63,989 nt of DNA from positions 19,665,741 through 19,729,729 of the forward strand of contig CM119270.1 in NCBI GenBank assembly GCA_051294375.1. Reading direction: 5' to 3'. A program made the position numbers and the translations under genes. Shown here in pieces: positions 1 through 17,439 of the stretch (position 1 is the first letter of the stretch; every line of letters starts with the position of its first letter). Origin of the DNA: Paraspadella gotoi. Its lineage: Eukaryota > Animalia > Chaetognatha. The notes beneath the pieces were generated by a model. It saw only the letters and a list, made by a program, of their open reading frames with translations, had not been told where the DNA came from and ran no database searches.

Positions 1-187
1 CACAAAACGGTCCAACAAGCAGTCACAGCCGGTCACAAGCGGTCACACACCAGGTTCACAGAGCAGTCACAAACTTTCGTTGCGACCGAGCTCCCGTGAC
101 CGGTCACACAACGCGGTCCACAAACGGATCGCACCTTTTACAAGTCCTACCAATTCAGAAGCGCGGAAATAAGCGAAGAAATTAATT

Positions 188-363
188 TCATTTCTTCTTT
201 TTCTTCTTCTTCTTCTTCTTCTTCTTCCTTCTTTCTTCTTCTTCTTCTTCTCTTCTTTCTTTCCTCTCTCCTTTCTCCCATCTCTCCCACCCAAAAACTT
301 CCTCCTTTTCTCTATTCAGGGGTCGACTTTCTGGCCGGTTCAAACTTCCGCCATACAACGACC

Positions 364-448
<85 letters not shown>

Positions 449-1096
449 CTCTCTTTCTTCCTTCGCCGCTGCCAATTCCGAGGATTCCGAGAGACGCTTA
501 ACGAACCGGAGTTTGTTTANNNNNNNNNNNNNNNNNNNNNNNNNTTGCTCCTTTTGGTTCTCCTGTTCTCCTTCTTCATCTCATTTTGGTTCTCCTGATC
601 TCTCCTTGGTTTCTCCGTTCTTCTTCTTCATCTCATTCTGGTTCTCCTGTTCTTCTCCTTTTGGTTCTCACTGTTCTTCTTTTTCGAATTCGTCATTCTG
701 TTCTCCTTTGTTCTTTTTTTCATTCTTGGATTCTACTGTTCTTCTTCTTTTTTCAGACTCTCATTTTTTTCTCCTTTTTCTATTTTTGGTTTTTTTTCTT
801 CTTCATCTATTCTTTCTTTCCATGTTCTTACTTCTGTTTAATCCTCCTTTCTTCTTTTCTCTCATTTCGTTCTCCTATCTTCTCCTTCGGTTCTCATTTC
901 CTTTTCTTTCTCAACTCTCTCTTTTTCTTCTTCTTTCTCTTCTTCTTCTTCTTCTTCTTCTTCTTCTTCTTCTTTTCTTCTTTCTCTCCTTATCCTCCTC
1001 TTCCTCCCATCCTCCCCCCAAAAACTTCCTCCTTTTCTCTATTCAGGGAGTCGACTTTCTGGCGGTTCAAACTTCCGCCATACAACGACTTTTCCA

Positions 1097-1137
<41 letters not shown>

Positions 1138-1253
1138 CTCTCTTCTTCTCTCTCTCTCTTTCTTTCTCTCTTCTCTCGTCTCTTCTCTTTTTCTCTTCGC
1201 CGCTGCCAATTCCGAGGATTCCGAGAGGCTTAACGACACCGGAGTTTGTTTAA
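188..1253 (+). repeat. Tandem duplicate across a 25-N gap: 188-519 vs ~930-1253, with (CTT)n and (CT)n tracts
   Basis: Both end ..TTCCGAGGATTCCGAGAG..CCGGAGTTTGTTTA. Confidence 0.85.
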
Positions 1254-2472
1254 TTCGTCACTAAGCGACGAATCAAACGGAAAATAATTCTGGTTTCATT
1301 TCGCATGATGCTCATTGAGGATGCATTGAGGGGGTAATTAGGGTAACGACCGCTCCCCAAAAGAACGTTCCCTCACACCCTTACTCTGGAGTTCACCTAG
1401 GAGAACTTACCTTCCTAACTTTTTTTTTTCTCTTCAGTTCCTTTCGTATTCAAACTTGGACTCGATGAAGTAAAAATCCAACGTGATTCTCCTCTTCTTA
1501 CGATTAATCCTCATTTCGTCCTTACCTTTTTTTTCCTTACCCTCGCTACTCACTCTCTTCGTCTCCACTTCACTTTCTCCCTTTCTCTTTTAACTCACTA
1601 TTTCACCTCACGAAACTCTTACACTCACCGCTACCCACACTATATCCTACATTTTCTCCACATTTTCATCCCAGGACTTTCAAGTTTAATTCATTATGAC
1701 AGAATATGTTAATATATAATTAACATGTCATTGTATTATTTATTATGTAAGTTTTTTTATCAAATAAAAACTATTCTTGTATTTTAGGAATTATTATGTT
1801 TATTTCAATACTTTTCTTTTTTGATTTTTTTTTCGCCCCAGGTCACGCCCCCTAAGGGACTGGGTCACCCAGCCTAGCGAAGGATGCCTCTCCTCTGCAG
1901 GATACCTTGCCTTACTTCCTGCCTCACCCGGCGAGGCCGGCTTCCCTTTCTTCCCCGCGCCCCCCTTTTAACCAATCTCGATGCCCGAGGTCAGAGTGAT
2001 TCCATTCCCATCAAATTTGATGAGCATACGATTCTCTTTGGCGAAGGTGATTGAGAGAGAGAGAGAGAAGAGAGAGAAGAGAGAGAAGGAGAAGAGAGAG
2101 AGAGAGAGAGTAGAGGAGAGAGAGAGACGAGAGAGACAGACAGGAGAGAGGTGATGGTCGGAGGTGAGCGTTGGTTAATCGGCAGGAAGAAAAAAACTAC
2201 GTTCTGTCGATCGAGGGCGAAACAAAAATTCCATGACTTATCTTTATGGCTCTGTTTAGAACTTAACCCGGCGAAAAAATTTCAAGAAAGCTTCTCCTGA
2301 GGTAGAAGTGAAGTTTACCAAAGTCACAGGATGAGAAACTCGGAAATAACAAAGTGACCCGCTTAGGATTTGACTGACGAAATAAAATTTTGCTAATTTC
2401 CAAATAACTTGATACGGTTAATTTCCGTTTTGCCCCAATTTTTCCTTCTTTATCTCTCCTTCTTGTCTCTCT

Positions 2473-2510
<38 letters not shown>

Positions 2511-2525
2511 TCCTCTCCTCCTTTC

Positions 2526-2585
<60 letters not shown>

Positions 2586-2885
2586 CTCTCGCTCCAAATA
2601 ATAATAGTCGTACTTTTCCCCGCGAAATTTTCCTCTCCCCACAGAAATCCTTCGTGAGAGACATCGCGAACATCATTTAACTTCTCGCTAGTCGAAAGTT
2701 TCGGGTCTCTTGAACCTTGTGTGACCCTGTCGTGACAAAATTTACACTAGGTAGGTCTGTAACGGGGTAAGTCCTTTCTTTTTTCACCTCAACAGTGAAA
2801 GAACACCACCCAAAATTGAAAAAAACTTGACTACACGTTGTAATGATTAAATTGGTGTCACTTTACTGCGCAGCCGGAAATCTAA
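1251..2885 (+). repeat. Block A copy 1 (copy 2 at 10452-12020; noisy partial copy at ~2985-3900)
   Basis: Both start TAATTCGTCACTAAGCGACGAATC and remain collinear to TTGACTACACG..CACTTTACT. Confidence 0.9.
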
Positions 2886-4134
2886 AAATCCCGAGCGACT
2901 ATCCTTTTACTCGGTAAGGAGAAAGAACACGTTCACGTCTTGGATAACCTTCAAACGACGAAGCCCGAATTATAACCAACAACTTCTTCCCATGACTATG
3001 ATCTTTATGCCCCCTAGTTTAGAACTTATCCCGGCAAAAAAAAAATGTAAGAAAATGGTTCTTATAGGTAGCCACGAGTGAAAACTGTTACCAAATCTAT
3101 GCTCACAGGATCCTACTCTTCCCTGCCTATTTTGAGCGTCTGAAAGATCCCTCCCGGACAATGAACATTACACCGAATTGATACACGCCAGCAGATTTAG
3201 GATCCCTTTGGCTGCTGCGAATAAAATTTGTGAATTTACCTTCTTAATTTTTAATTCTTGATACCGGACCCATATAAATATTCCGTTTTTTTCTTTCCTG
3301 TCTCTCCCACACCAATGATTTTTCACTAATATACCTTTCTTTTCTCCTCCTTTCCTTAGTCCTCTTCTTCTCCTCTCTCTCTCCTTTCTTTCTCTCTCCT
3401 CTCCTCTTCTTCTCTCTCCCGGGTGCCCTTAAATCTCTCTTCTCCTTCTCTCTCTCTCTCTAACTTCTGACCTTTTTGGCCGTTTTCTCTCTCTGGCTCG
3501 TCTAACTCATCAATTCAATCGCTGTCCTATCATAACCTTACCATTATCGTTCTTTTTCCGTTCAGCGGAGTAAGTATAATCTACCCCACAGAAAAAATAT
3601 GTGATCCCGTAGCTGCTTGACCGATATCTATTAATTCTGCCTTAAGGGTCGAAAGTTTAACATAGGTGGCTGTGTTAACCTTGAGCAGGGTGCCATCAAT
3701 AAACAATTTAATTTTAGTCTTGGAAGGCTGGGTAAAAGAAGTACCTGGTGAGTGTTTCGGTAAAGTCTTTTGCTATTTAATGTGTAAACTTCAAAGTGGA
3801 CCCAATCCCAGAACAAACGAAATCCATGATAATAGGCTTGACTACACGTTGTTGATACAATTAATTGTATGTCAAACTTTTGAACTTATTGGCAGAAGCT
3901 TTGGATACACCTCTATAACAATTATTATTTGTCACCAGGGGTTTGAACACAAGCTATAATGTTATTAACAAACTATTATCATTAACGAGTATTCCTTTAT
4001 ATATTAATATTTTACTTTATTAACTAATTTTGGTTAACTAATATACATAATATATTAATAATAATACCCCTATCCCGTTGTACCCATTCAAGTTCATAAA
4101 GCAATAAACATATCCATATTGCCCGCCCGTTGAA

Positions 4135-4400
4135 CGGCTGAAGATGGACTACCCCCTTAGTAGCCATGGAACGGGTCCTAGCTGGAAACTCAGGCTTGAA
4201 GGGTTGCCACGCCCCCAAGGCGTGCCTTAGGCCTGGAACCAGAAGTCCTCACGCTTCCCGCAGGGCTTATGTGCGTTACAGCTGGGCTTTGAGTGAACCT
4301 TGATAGTGATCATGAGCTGATGGCTTTGATCTTCAATTGAGGCGACCACGGGTTCAGGAACTGAAGGTGTCATGCTATAGGAGGCGCCGGGCTTACCAGT
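4135..4400 (-). mobile_element. Unclassified GC-rich dispersed repeat, copy 1
   Basis: Reverse complement shares AGCCATCAGCTCA, CTGCGGGAAGCGTGAGGAC, GGGGGCGTGG..ACCC, AGGACCCGTTCCATGGCT and CTTCAGCC with 54625-54850 and 56585-56700. Confidence 0.6.
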
Positions 4401-4473
4401 TGTGAACCTAGGCATCCCAATGCCCCTCTACAATTTCCTCCTGTGGCTCGAAGACTCCCTTAACTATAATATA

Positions 4474-7038
4474 CAGGTATCGGTTTTAAGAACTGGACAT
4501 TAAGGTCCAGGAGGAACTGTAAATCTCCGTGTTTCTGTAAATGCTGGGCAATTCCATGTGCAGACGTTGAAAAATCGAATACGTGGAACGACCGTTAGAC
4601 ATGGAGATGGTTATTCCCCATAAGAGTTTGAGGCCACTTTTAGAAAAAATGACTAATAAATAGTAGGAATGGGTCATTTTTTTTTTTGTATCAAAAGAAT
4701 TAATGGTTGCATACTGTAATTAGAAAAAATATATGGTACCCGGAGTAAAAATACTACAACCTATATATTATGGGAATAAACCGCGGAGGGGTTGCCTAAA
4801 CCAGTCGGTAATTGTAAAACAAAATGATCAAATATCAGAACTTTGTTAATAAACTTGCATTTTTGTCAAATACAAGTAGTCAATATAAATTTATTTATTT
4901 TATACTATGTATTTTCAGTTTTTATTGATAATTTAAAAAAAATTGTATTTCAAAATAATAGCTAACTGATTTACACCATTATATACATTACAATGCTAAG
5001 AATAGAATATTTGTTATCTTTAATCCAAAAATTAATTGTTTTTAACAAAATATAAAAATATGCATTTTTTGAAACAAATGTTTTTTAAAAATAGTTAATG
5101 ATGCTCTCTAACCCAACTGTCCTCGGATGCATCTGATTTACAATATATAATTTTTTTTTTAATACGAACTACATCCATTATGAAATATAAACCCCTTCAA
5201 AACCCTAAAAAAATAACAGAAAATACAAACCCTTAAATTCAAATCTTAAATAAAAACCATTCCCAAACCTGATAATTACATCTCTCATACTTTAATACAT
5301 ATTCAAGGAGAACCATTCAGGGTTTATTGTGGGAAAGTTAGAGATAACTTACGATAAGGACAATGATCCTGCCACAGGAAGGCGAAAAATAGATGGATTG
5401 AAACTATATCGAGCTTTGTAATTGAATAAGTTACTCTTGCTTAATAAGGCGAACAAAGCTAAAATTTTATTTTTAGAGAAACCGAAATTCAGAAATAGCC
5501 AATAAGAGAAGCTTTTTCCCTACACAAAGTTATAATGCGTTTTTCAATTATTGTTGATGATAAGTGGGTTCAAATAACGGAAAAACTTGTTTATAAATAA
5601 ATTCTAAAGTCCTCATACCAAATCGAATCGTCCTGACGCATAATTTTTTTTATATGTTTTATGTTAACCTCCATTTACAAGCCACATTGAATACCGAAAA
5701 TGAATTGAAAGATTTCTTCGTAATAATTGGTAGGCTAAATTTAATAATTTTGGTTTTTCAATCTGTCTCGTTACCCGATAATTCTCGCCGAGCCAAGACC
5801 GCTTTAAAAATCTGATTTTGGAAGAAAAAAACGAGTGTCTCACAATTGACAGATCCACCAGATAAACCACCGAACTTGAACCTATCAGTAATACGCATAA
5901 ACTTTTAAATGCCTTCCCTACCCATTACTCTGCAGCACTAATACTATAAAAATACTAAATGTGTGTACCTGTTAATCCCTTCAATACTTACGACCTCTTC
6001 ACTCACAGGGATGCCCGAAATCCAATTAACTTGAGGTTACACTCTATAATTAAAACACACAGACTCTTAAAAGTTTTACTTTGTTCCCGCCTTTTATGGA
6101 AGGCAAAGAGAGCTTACATTATCAATTACAAGCTGACGTATAGTTCATCTATCCATTATCGCCTTCCTGGTTCTGCGCAGTCATATCCTATCCACTCGAA
6201 AAAGTATATCTCTATACTTTCACACAATAAACCTGATGTTCTCGGGCGGTTGATATGTATTATAGTAGAAGACGATGCGAACAATATCATTTGGAACGGT
6301 TTTTATTAAGTTATGCATATGAAGTTGTGTTTTTCTGGTATTTTTTTTAAGGTTTTGAAGGGGTGATATTTCACATTAATATATAGTCGTATTTAAAAAA
6401 AAATTGACTATATTTGGTTAATCAGTGGCACCGGAAGGAAACAGTTGGGTAAAGGCATAATTACTATTTATTAAAAAAAACATGATTGTTCAAAAACAAA
6501 AAAAATGCAAAATATTTTTTATTAATGTTGCAAAATAATTTTGCGATTTAAAAGAATAACAAATATCTCGCATTTTATTGGCTGCTATCAGAATCCTAGC
6601 CTATTATTTGCAAATAATTTTTTCTTAATTTATCATAGACTAAAAATAACAATATTATCAAAACAAAATAATCATGTGCTACTGCTATGCATTAATGCGT
6701 TAATTTTAACAAAGCATGTTATGTTGATCATTTTGTGTTACTCACTTGTTTAGGCAACCCCCCGGTGTTATAAATAACACCAATAAATTAAAGGTATGTA
6801 CTTTTACCTACCAAATATTTCTACTTTTACAGATATGCAGAATTAATTTTGTCCAAAAATCGCCCATTCAACCTGATTTTTTTTTAAAAGTGGGCTCGAA
6901 ACTCTTCATGGGAATAAACGACCCTCAGGTCTAAACCCGTATTCGATCCTTTCAGCTGATTTCAAGCATTTAGCAAAAATATGTTACAGCCTCCCCTGGA
7001 CGTTTTACCACCGTCTCTTCAAAACGACCCGGATACTG
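4474..7038. mobile_element. Non-autonomous Tc1/mariner-superfamily-like element with ~1-kb terminal inverted repeats
   Basis: 4474-~5478 is the noisy reverse complement of ~6062-7038 (e.g. TTATTCCCCATAAGAGTTTGAGGCCACTTTTA vs TAAAAGTGGGCTCGAAACTCTTCATGGGAATAA; CCCCTTCAAAACC vs GGTTTTGAAGGGG). Symmetry ends at TA|CAGGTATCGG ... CCGGATACTG|TA, consistent with a TA target duplication. The ~580-bp core is unique with no recognisable transposase. Confidence 0.6.
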
Positions 7039-7097
7039 TATATGAAAAGCTTTAAACACAAAGTACACAGTACAACATTTAACGAACGTACGGAACT

Positions 7098-10445
<3,348 letters not shown>

Positions 10446-11079
10446 TCGGTATAATTCGTCACTAAGCGACGAATCAACGGAAATAAATTCTGGTTTCATT
10501 TCGCTGATGACTCATTGAGGATGCATTGAGGGGGTCATTAGGGTAACGACCGCTCCCCAAAAGAACGTTACCCTCACACCCTTACTCGTTGGAGTTCACC
10601 TAGAGAACTTACCTTCCCTAACTTTCCCTTTTTTCTCTCTTCAGTTCCTTTCGTATTCAAACGTTGGACTCGATGAAGTAAAAATCCAACGTGGATTCTC
10701 CTCTTCTTACGATTAATCCTCATTTCGTCCTTACCTTTTTTTTCCTTACCCTCGCTACTCACTCTCTTCGTCTCACTTCACTTTCTCTCCTTTCTCTTTT
10801 AACTCAATTTTTCTCTCTCACTGAAACTCTTATTTTCACTTAGATCTTCACTCCCTACCCACAACTATACTACATTTTCTCCACATTTTTTACCCCGAAT
10901 CCATTAAGTCTTTACAGCTTGACAAAAATTATAATACCGTACAATTATTTAATATATACATGGCATTGTATTAATTTATTATGTAAGTTTTTTTATCAAA
11001 TAAAAAACTATTCTTGTATTTTAGGAATTATTATGTTTATTTCAATATTTTTCTTTTTTGGATTTTTTTTTCGCCCCAG

Positions 11080-11275
11080 GTCACGCCCCTAAGGGACTGG
11101 GTCACACCAGCCTAGCGAAGGATGCCTTTTCCTCTGCAGGACCTTGCCTTACTCCTGCCTCACCCGGCCGCTTCCTCTCCCCGCCCCCCTTTTAAACCAA
11201 TCTCGATGCCCGGGTCAGAGTCGATTCCAATTCCCATCAAATTTGGATGAGCATACGATTCTCTTTTGTCGAAAG
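11080..11275 (+). CDS. Candidate exon (HAPKGLGHTSLAKDAF...KPISMPGSESIPIPIKFDEHTILF); second copy 1842-2046
   Basis: T-tract + ccccag| acceptor, AAG|gt donor, GC-rich island; needs 1-2 indel corrections. Confidence 0.35.
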
Positions 11276-11278
11276 GTG

Positions 11279-11310
<32 letters not shown>

Positions 11311-11666
11311 GAGAGGAGAGAGAGAGAGAGAGAGAGTAGAGAGAGAGAGAGAGAGAGAAGAGAGACAGAGAGAGGTGAGGTCGGTGGGTGGTTAATCGGC
11401 AGGGAAGAAAAACACGTTCGTCGATCGAGGCGAAAAAAAATTCCATGACTAATCTTTATGTCTGTTTCGAACTTACCCGGCGAAAAAAATGTTAAGAACT
11501 GTCCTTGAGGTAGAAGTGAAGTTACCAAAGTCACAGGATGAGAAACTCGGAATAACAAAGTGATCCCGGTAGGATTTGACTACGAATAAAATTTTGCAAT
11601 TTCCAAATACTTGATACGTTAATCCGTTTTGCCTCCAATTTTTTTCCTTCTTTCTCCTCCTTTCTT

Positions 11667-11789
<123 letters not shown>

Positions 11790-12241
11790 CCAAATAATAA
11801 ATATCGTCTTTTCAGCGAAATTTCCCCCACAGAAATTTGAGAGGCGAATCATAATTCTGCAGTCGAGAGTTGGGGTTGAACCTCGAGTCGGGCACAAAGG
11901 AAATAGGTAAGGTTGGAGTGGGTAAGTTCTTTTTCACTCAAAGGAAAGAAAAAATAGAAAACTTGACTACACGTGTTGATAAATTTGTTGTCACTTTACT
12001 TGGCAGCGGAAATTTAAATTTGTACAGAGAAAATATATGTTATTACCTTACGTTTACATAATTTTAAATTTACTTATTAACTTAATTTTTAACACTTAAC
12101 TAAAGATAATATATATATATATATATATGAAATGTAAAATACACAACAACAACGACGACGAGGACTCGCGAATTGGCGCTCATATTTCATGGGGCGAGGT
12201 GCCACTGCGAAGTGCGTATGATTGGAAGAGAGAGTGAGAGA

Positions 12242-12288
<47 letters not shown>

Positions 12289-13039
12289 CGAGTCCGCGCC
12301 TGTCAGTTTTGTCTCACCTTCTTCCTATCGCGGTAGTGAAATATGCGAGTCGGTCTGTCTGTCTAGTTTCATTTCAGTCCGTTCATCCATCCGTCCATCT
12401 TGCTCCTTTCCCTCTCCCATTATCTCTGACTCCCGTCGAGCGAGTCATTCACGAGTCCAACGGATTTTGGTTTGAAATAAAACGATTGAAAAACGAGTCA
12501 ATTTCTTTTTGACGAAATTCATTAGGCCAAAGAAAGGATGAAGGCCACTCATATATCAAAAGAGGACAAAAGTATGGTGCAAGTGGCCAAAAATATGGTA
12601 CAAGAGGCGAAAGAGATAATATATTGATAAATTGATGGAAACCAAAAAAATGCTGGAAGAGGCCATTCAGATAGATTAATGGGCCAAACAAAGACTACTA
12701 AGCCTTAGAAAAATTCAAAGGTTTTAATTGAGACCAAAAAAAAACATTTAGAGAAACCATTTTAAAAGTTTGAGTGATATAACTGATGTCATCCAATAAA
12801 TATCACCTCTATCTACATTCTACAATGTTTCGAAACAAACTGACATAAGGACTGACTTACGAATCCACCAGGAAAAAAACTCGACTTAAAGATGAGAGAA
12901 AAAATAAAAATTGTCAGATACCATTGACTTGAGCAACGAAAGGGTAAATCATCAAAGCGACGTCGGTGGCGTCCGAAAGAACTAAACGAACAAATGAGCA
13001 TCGCGAACAAAAGACCTTCCAGTTCCAGTTGAACCAGAA

Positions 13040-13071
<32 letters not shown>

Positions 13072-13104
13072 NNNNNNNNNNNNNNNNNNNNNNNNNTCTC
13101 TCTC

Positions 13105-13156
<52 letters not shown>

Positions 13157-13329
13157 TCTCTCTCTCTCTCTCACACACACGCGCGCCATTTTAATTCTGC
13201 AAAAAAAGTCTTATCGCTTTTTTCATCCTTTGTTTCCCCGCCTTTTTTTCTCTCCCCCATCGAGAGAAACGGATTCCACTGATGGATGATAATTTCAGTT
13301 CCATTCGATTCGCGCTGACATCAGACGAG

Positions 13330-13420
<91 letters not shown>

Positions 13421-13751
13421 TCTCTCTCTCTTCTCTGCTGTTTCTCTTCTTGCTTTTCTTCTTTCTCACCTTTGTAGTTTTTTTTTGTTTGTAAATTTTT
13501 CATTACTGTCTATTTTTCTGTCGTTTTCTCGCCTTCTCTATCTATTTTTTTTTAATTTCCTGTCTACTTCTGTCCTCTTAGTGTATTATTTTTTAAGTAA
13601 CCTTGTCTATCCGTCTGTTAGTTGCTTTCTTAGTATTTATTTTTATTTATCTTTATGTATTTTTTTCCTTTTTATGATTTCCTCTCACTCTTTCCTCTCT
13701 TGCTTTTTCTCTTCTTTTCTTTCTGTCTCTCTCTCCCTCCCCCTTTCTTAC

Positions 13752-13786
<35 letters not shown>

Positions 13787-14206
13787 CTCTCTCTCTCTCT
13801 CTCTCTCTCTCTTGATTGACAATATCACCCATCTCGCTATTGCGGCTCGCGATTGTTCGAGTGACGTTAATCAATGTCCGCCTAATGGCGCCTCTATGGA
13901 AAAGCCAGCGGGAAAATGACGGCGAAGAAAGGTTTTTTTATGTAATGATTATGAATCTCGCTGTCGGAGCCCTGCTATATTTAAATGTTTTGAATTACGT
14001 TGGTAAAACTTAAACTAAAGCTAAAACTAAATACGGTGCAACTTGAAGAACGAAAAAATAAAAATTCTTGTTGAAAACTTATATTAAATATTACAAATAA
14101 TCATAATTAAATTGAGAAAAAAGAATTCAGTATGCTTAATTTAAAGTTCATGCTCGATGAACGGAAAGCATTGTTATTGACCTCGTTCTTCCTCTCTCTC
14201 TCTCTT

Positions 14207-14244
<38 letters not shown>

Positions 14245-15261
14245 TTCTCTCTTCTCTCTCTCTCATCGGTTACAATAATCAAAAATGTTAATGATCCTTT
14301 CTTTTCCTTGGATTAACCGTCGCGAGGGGAAGACGCGTTTCCATGGAAACAGCAGCGAGAGGATTGAAAACAATTTTATTTTTTTTTGGTTTTTAATCAA
14401 TGATGTTCGGCCTCGATCATGATTATCTCTCTCCGGCTTCGTTTTTTTTTTTTTTTTATTAATTTCATTATTATCTATTTAGAGATAAGGACTCCTTGAC
14501 GAAGAGGCGGTTTGCTTTTTTTTTTTAATGCGTCACGCATCCGTGTAAGAAATACTTCTTTGGCGAATCGATAGGTTAATTTTTAATAATGAATACAACG
14601 ATTATTTATATATTATAAAAAATAATTAAAACTATTTCGGATTTTAAGATTAATGATTTTAAAAATTAACGGTTATTAGACAACTGCTTATATAAAATAA
14701 ATGGATTGGGCGTTGCATTATCTGGGACAAGAAGAGACACTCGTTCGTCTTTTCTCATTATCGATTAATTTCTCCTGTGGTAAAGAGGACGGTTGTTTTT
14801 TTAAGGACGAGAATGAATAAAAAATTAGGAATGAAATGAAGAGAAAATTGAAGAAGGAAAATGAATAATTCACGACGTTTGATTATGTTATAGATGAAAT
14901 AATAGTAGTGGTTAAATAGATACATACTTTATTTATAATCATGTTTCAAAAATTTGGCAGAGTAGAACTAAATAAAAAACAAATTGTTTTATCAAATCGT
15001 CACTAGAAAAAAAATTATCTTCAAATGACGTCATTATAAAATGAAAAAGATAAACCTCATCAGTGACAAGACTATCACAAGAAATTGAGAAATATCGTAC
15101 AACCGATAAAAAAAACCCGGCCGAAGATAGAAACGTTTTTTCTGATCAGAATCGAAAAACTCAATTCCCGGACACTTGGTCAACCATTTTGTTATGACGG
15201 CTTTTCTTCAGCCCATCTTCTCTCTCTCTCTCTCTCTCTTCTCTCTCTTCTCTCTCTCTCT

Positions 15262-15301
<40 letters not shown>

Positions 15302-15713
15302 CTTATATGTCCAGCTTTCGTCTGGTTTCTTGCTCTTGTTTCTAGGCATTTGTGTTGTGTTTCTTTCTTTTTTTTTCTCTCTTCTTACATTTTTCGTCGC
15401 TTTCTCCTTTGTTTTCATTCCTCTCCGACTTTCTTCGTCTCCTACTTTAATTTTCATGTCTTCTCTTTTTCTCATCTCTGCATCATCTTTCCTCGTCGCG
15501 CATCAATACGACGAGAGAAAATCGAAAAAGGAAACTAAAAAAGAAAAATTAAATAAACCAACTAACAATATTTTTATATTTCTTTTGTGTTCCAATTTTG
15601 TTTGTTTTTTTTATAAAATTTTATTTGTCTTGATTTTACGATTATTCTGTTGCTCCGAAAAATACGACAGCAAAACTTAAAACAAAATCCAGAATATCTC
15701 TTAAAAATTCTTT

Positions 15714-15810
<97 letters not shown>

Positions 15811-16685
15811 TCCCTAGTTTTCCATTTTCAAATTGAGAAGGATTGAACCCAATTTTTTTATTTTTTTGATGGAACCGAGAGAGGAAGAATTTCCACAACG
15901 AATCTGAGAAGATTGATTCTGCCAAAAAAAAAAAAAAATATTTAGATGAATTGTCTGTATCTCTTCTGCTCTGTTCTTCTGCTCTCTCTTCCGTCTGCTC
16001 TGTTTTATTTTTGACCATTATTTTTTAATGTTCTGCACTTTGCACACTTCTCTTTTCTTACAGTAAACGGTTGTGCTTCTGTTTACAAAGTCCTCGCTGT
16101 ACTTACATCTTCGTAAGTGGTTATCGTATCTTTCGGCCTTCGAAACTTCCACTTTTTTTTTGGTTTCCTTTGACAACGAATCGATTTTCGTTTTTTAGTG
16201 AAAAGGAAAACGTTGAATTTTTTTTTGGAAAAAGTGAATTTTTTTAATTTTTTTAAAATTAAAAAGATAATAATGATCGAAATGGAGACTAAATTTGTTT
16301 GTTTTTTTTCTGCATTTTTTTTTTTGTTCGGAAAATTTGTATTGAAAAAAAATTAGGACAAAAACGATTTTTCTTATTGTTTTTAAAATTTTATGGTTTT
16401 CTATTCCGTGTTTTGATTTCTGATTTTTCTTGATTTTATTATTATTTTTTACTATTCATTTATCATTTAGTTATTTCTATTTATCAGTATTATATTTATA
16501 ACATAAAGAATTGCAAGATTACTTGTTACTAATTAAGAATAAATAAAAACTAAATTAAAAGAATATAAAAGTTAAATATATTTTCTACAAAGTATTTGAA
16601 ATAAATTAATTATTTCATTAATTCATATTCAATTATAAAGTATTTAATTATTAATAATGTATTTAATTTCATCCTCTTATTTCAG

Positions 16686-17341
16686 ATTTTTTTCCCTTCG
16701 AGGATGGGAATCGCCCTCAACTTCACCCAAACTTCGGCGCCGGCGGAAACTAAACTCGGTGATTGCCGGGATTCGAACGGGAACTTTCTCGCCCCCTCAC
16801 TCCCTCCACAGCTACGACAATTCTCCCGAGCCGACGAGGCGTTCCACCCCAGAAGCACCGTCGATCCCGCTTTCCGCCCTGCCCACTTTCCGATCATCCT
16901 CACCCGAAGCCCCCCCCGGCCCCCTCGCCCTCGATCCTCTTTCCGCCGCAGCCGCCCTTTCGCCGCAAGCCACTTGCAGCGCCGCCTTCTTCCTCCCACC
17001 GTCGTTCCCCGGCGCCTTCAGATCCTCCAGCGAACGACAGAAGCCGCGATTTCTCGACGACCGGCCGGAGGATAAGCCGGAACCGGCGATTGCGCGCCGT
17101 GCGGGAAGCACCGAGGAAAGGGCGCCGAGCCGGGAGCGGCGAGAAACAACGCTGGAATCAAAGCGCGAAGAAAGGGCTCGACCAGAATGGAACCGCCGGG
17201 AAAAGAGCCCCGGTTCCGTTTAAATTTCTGGCGTTCAAAGCGCCGAAAGAAAAACCCGTGGCGCCGAAATCAGAGAAAGAGAATGGGAATTGATGACGCC
17301 GCTTGGGAGTCGGAGAAAGTCATCTTCAGTTGATGAGGAGG
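16686..17341 (+). CDS. Noisy duplicate of exon 31186-31808 (frame broken by read indels)
   Basis: Collinear with 31186-31808, same splice sites, scattered single-base insertions. Confidence 0.5.
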
Positions 17342-17350
17342 GTAAGTTAG

Positions 17351-17439
<89 letters not shown>

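Noticed and set aside
10504-10530. CUGAUGA followed by a CUC/GAG hairpin as another hammerhead
   Set aside because: No GAAA box follows (GAUG), and the duplicate copy at ~1305 lacks the CUGAUGA.
16686-17341. Pseudogene paralogue of the 31.2k exon
   Set aside because: Differences are insertion-biased single-base indels typical of raw long reads within a duplicated block.
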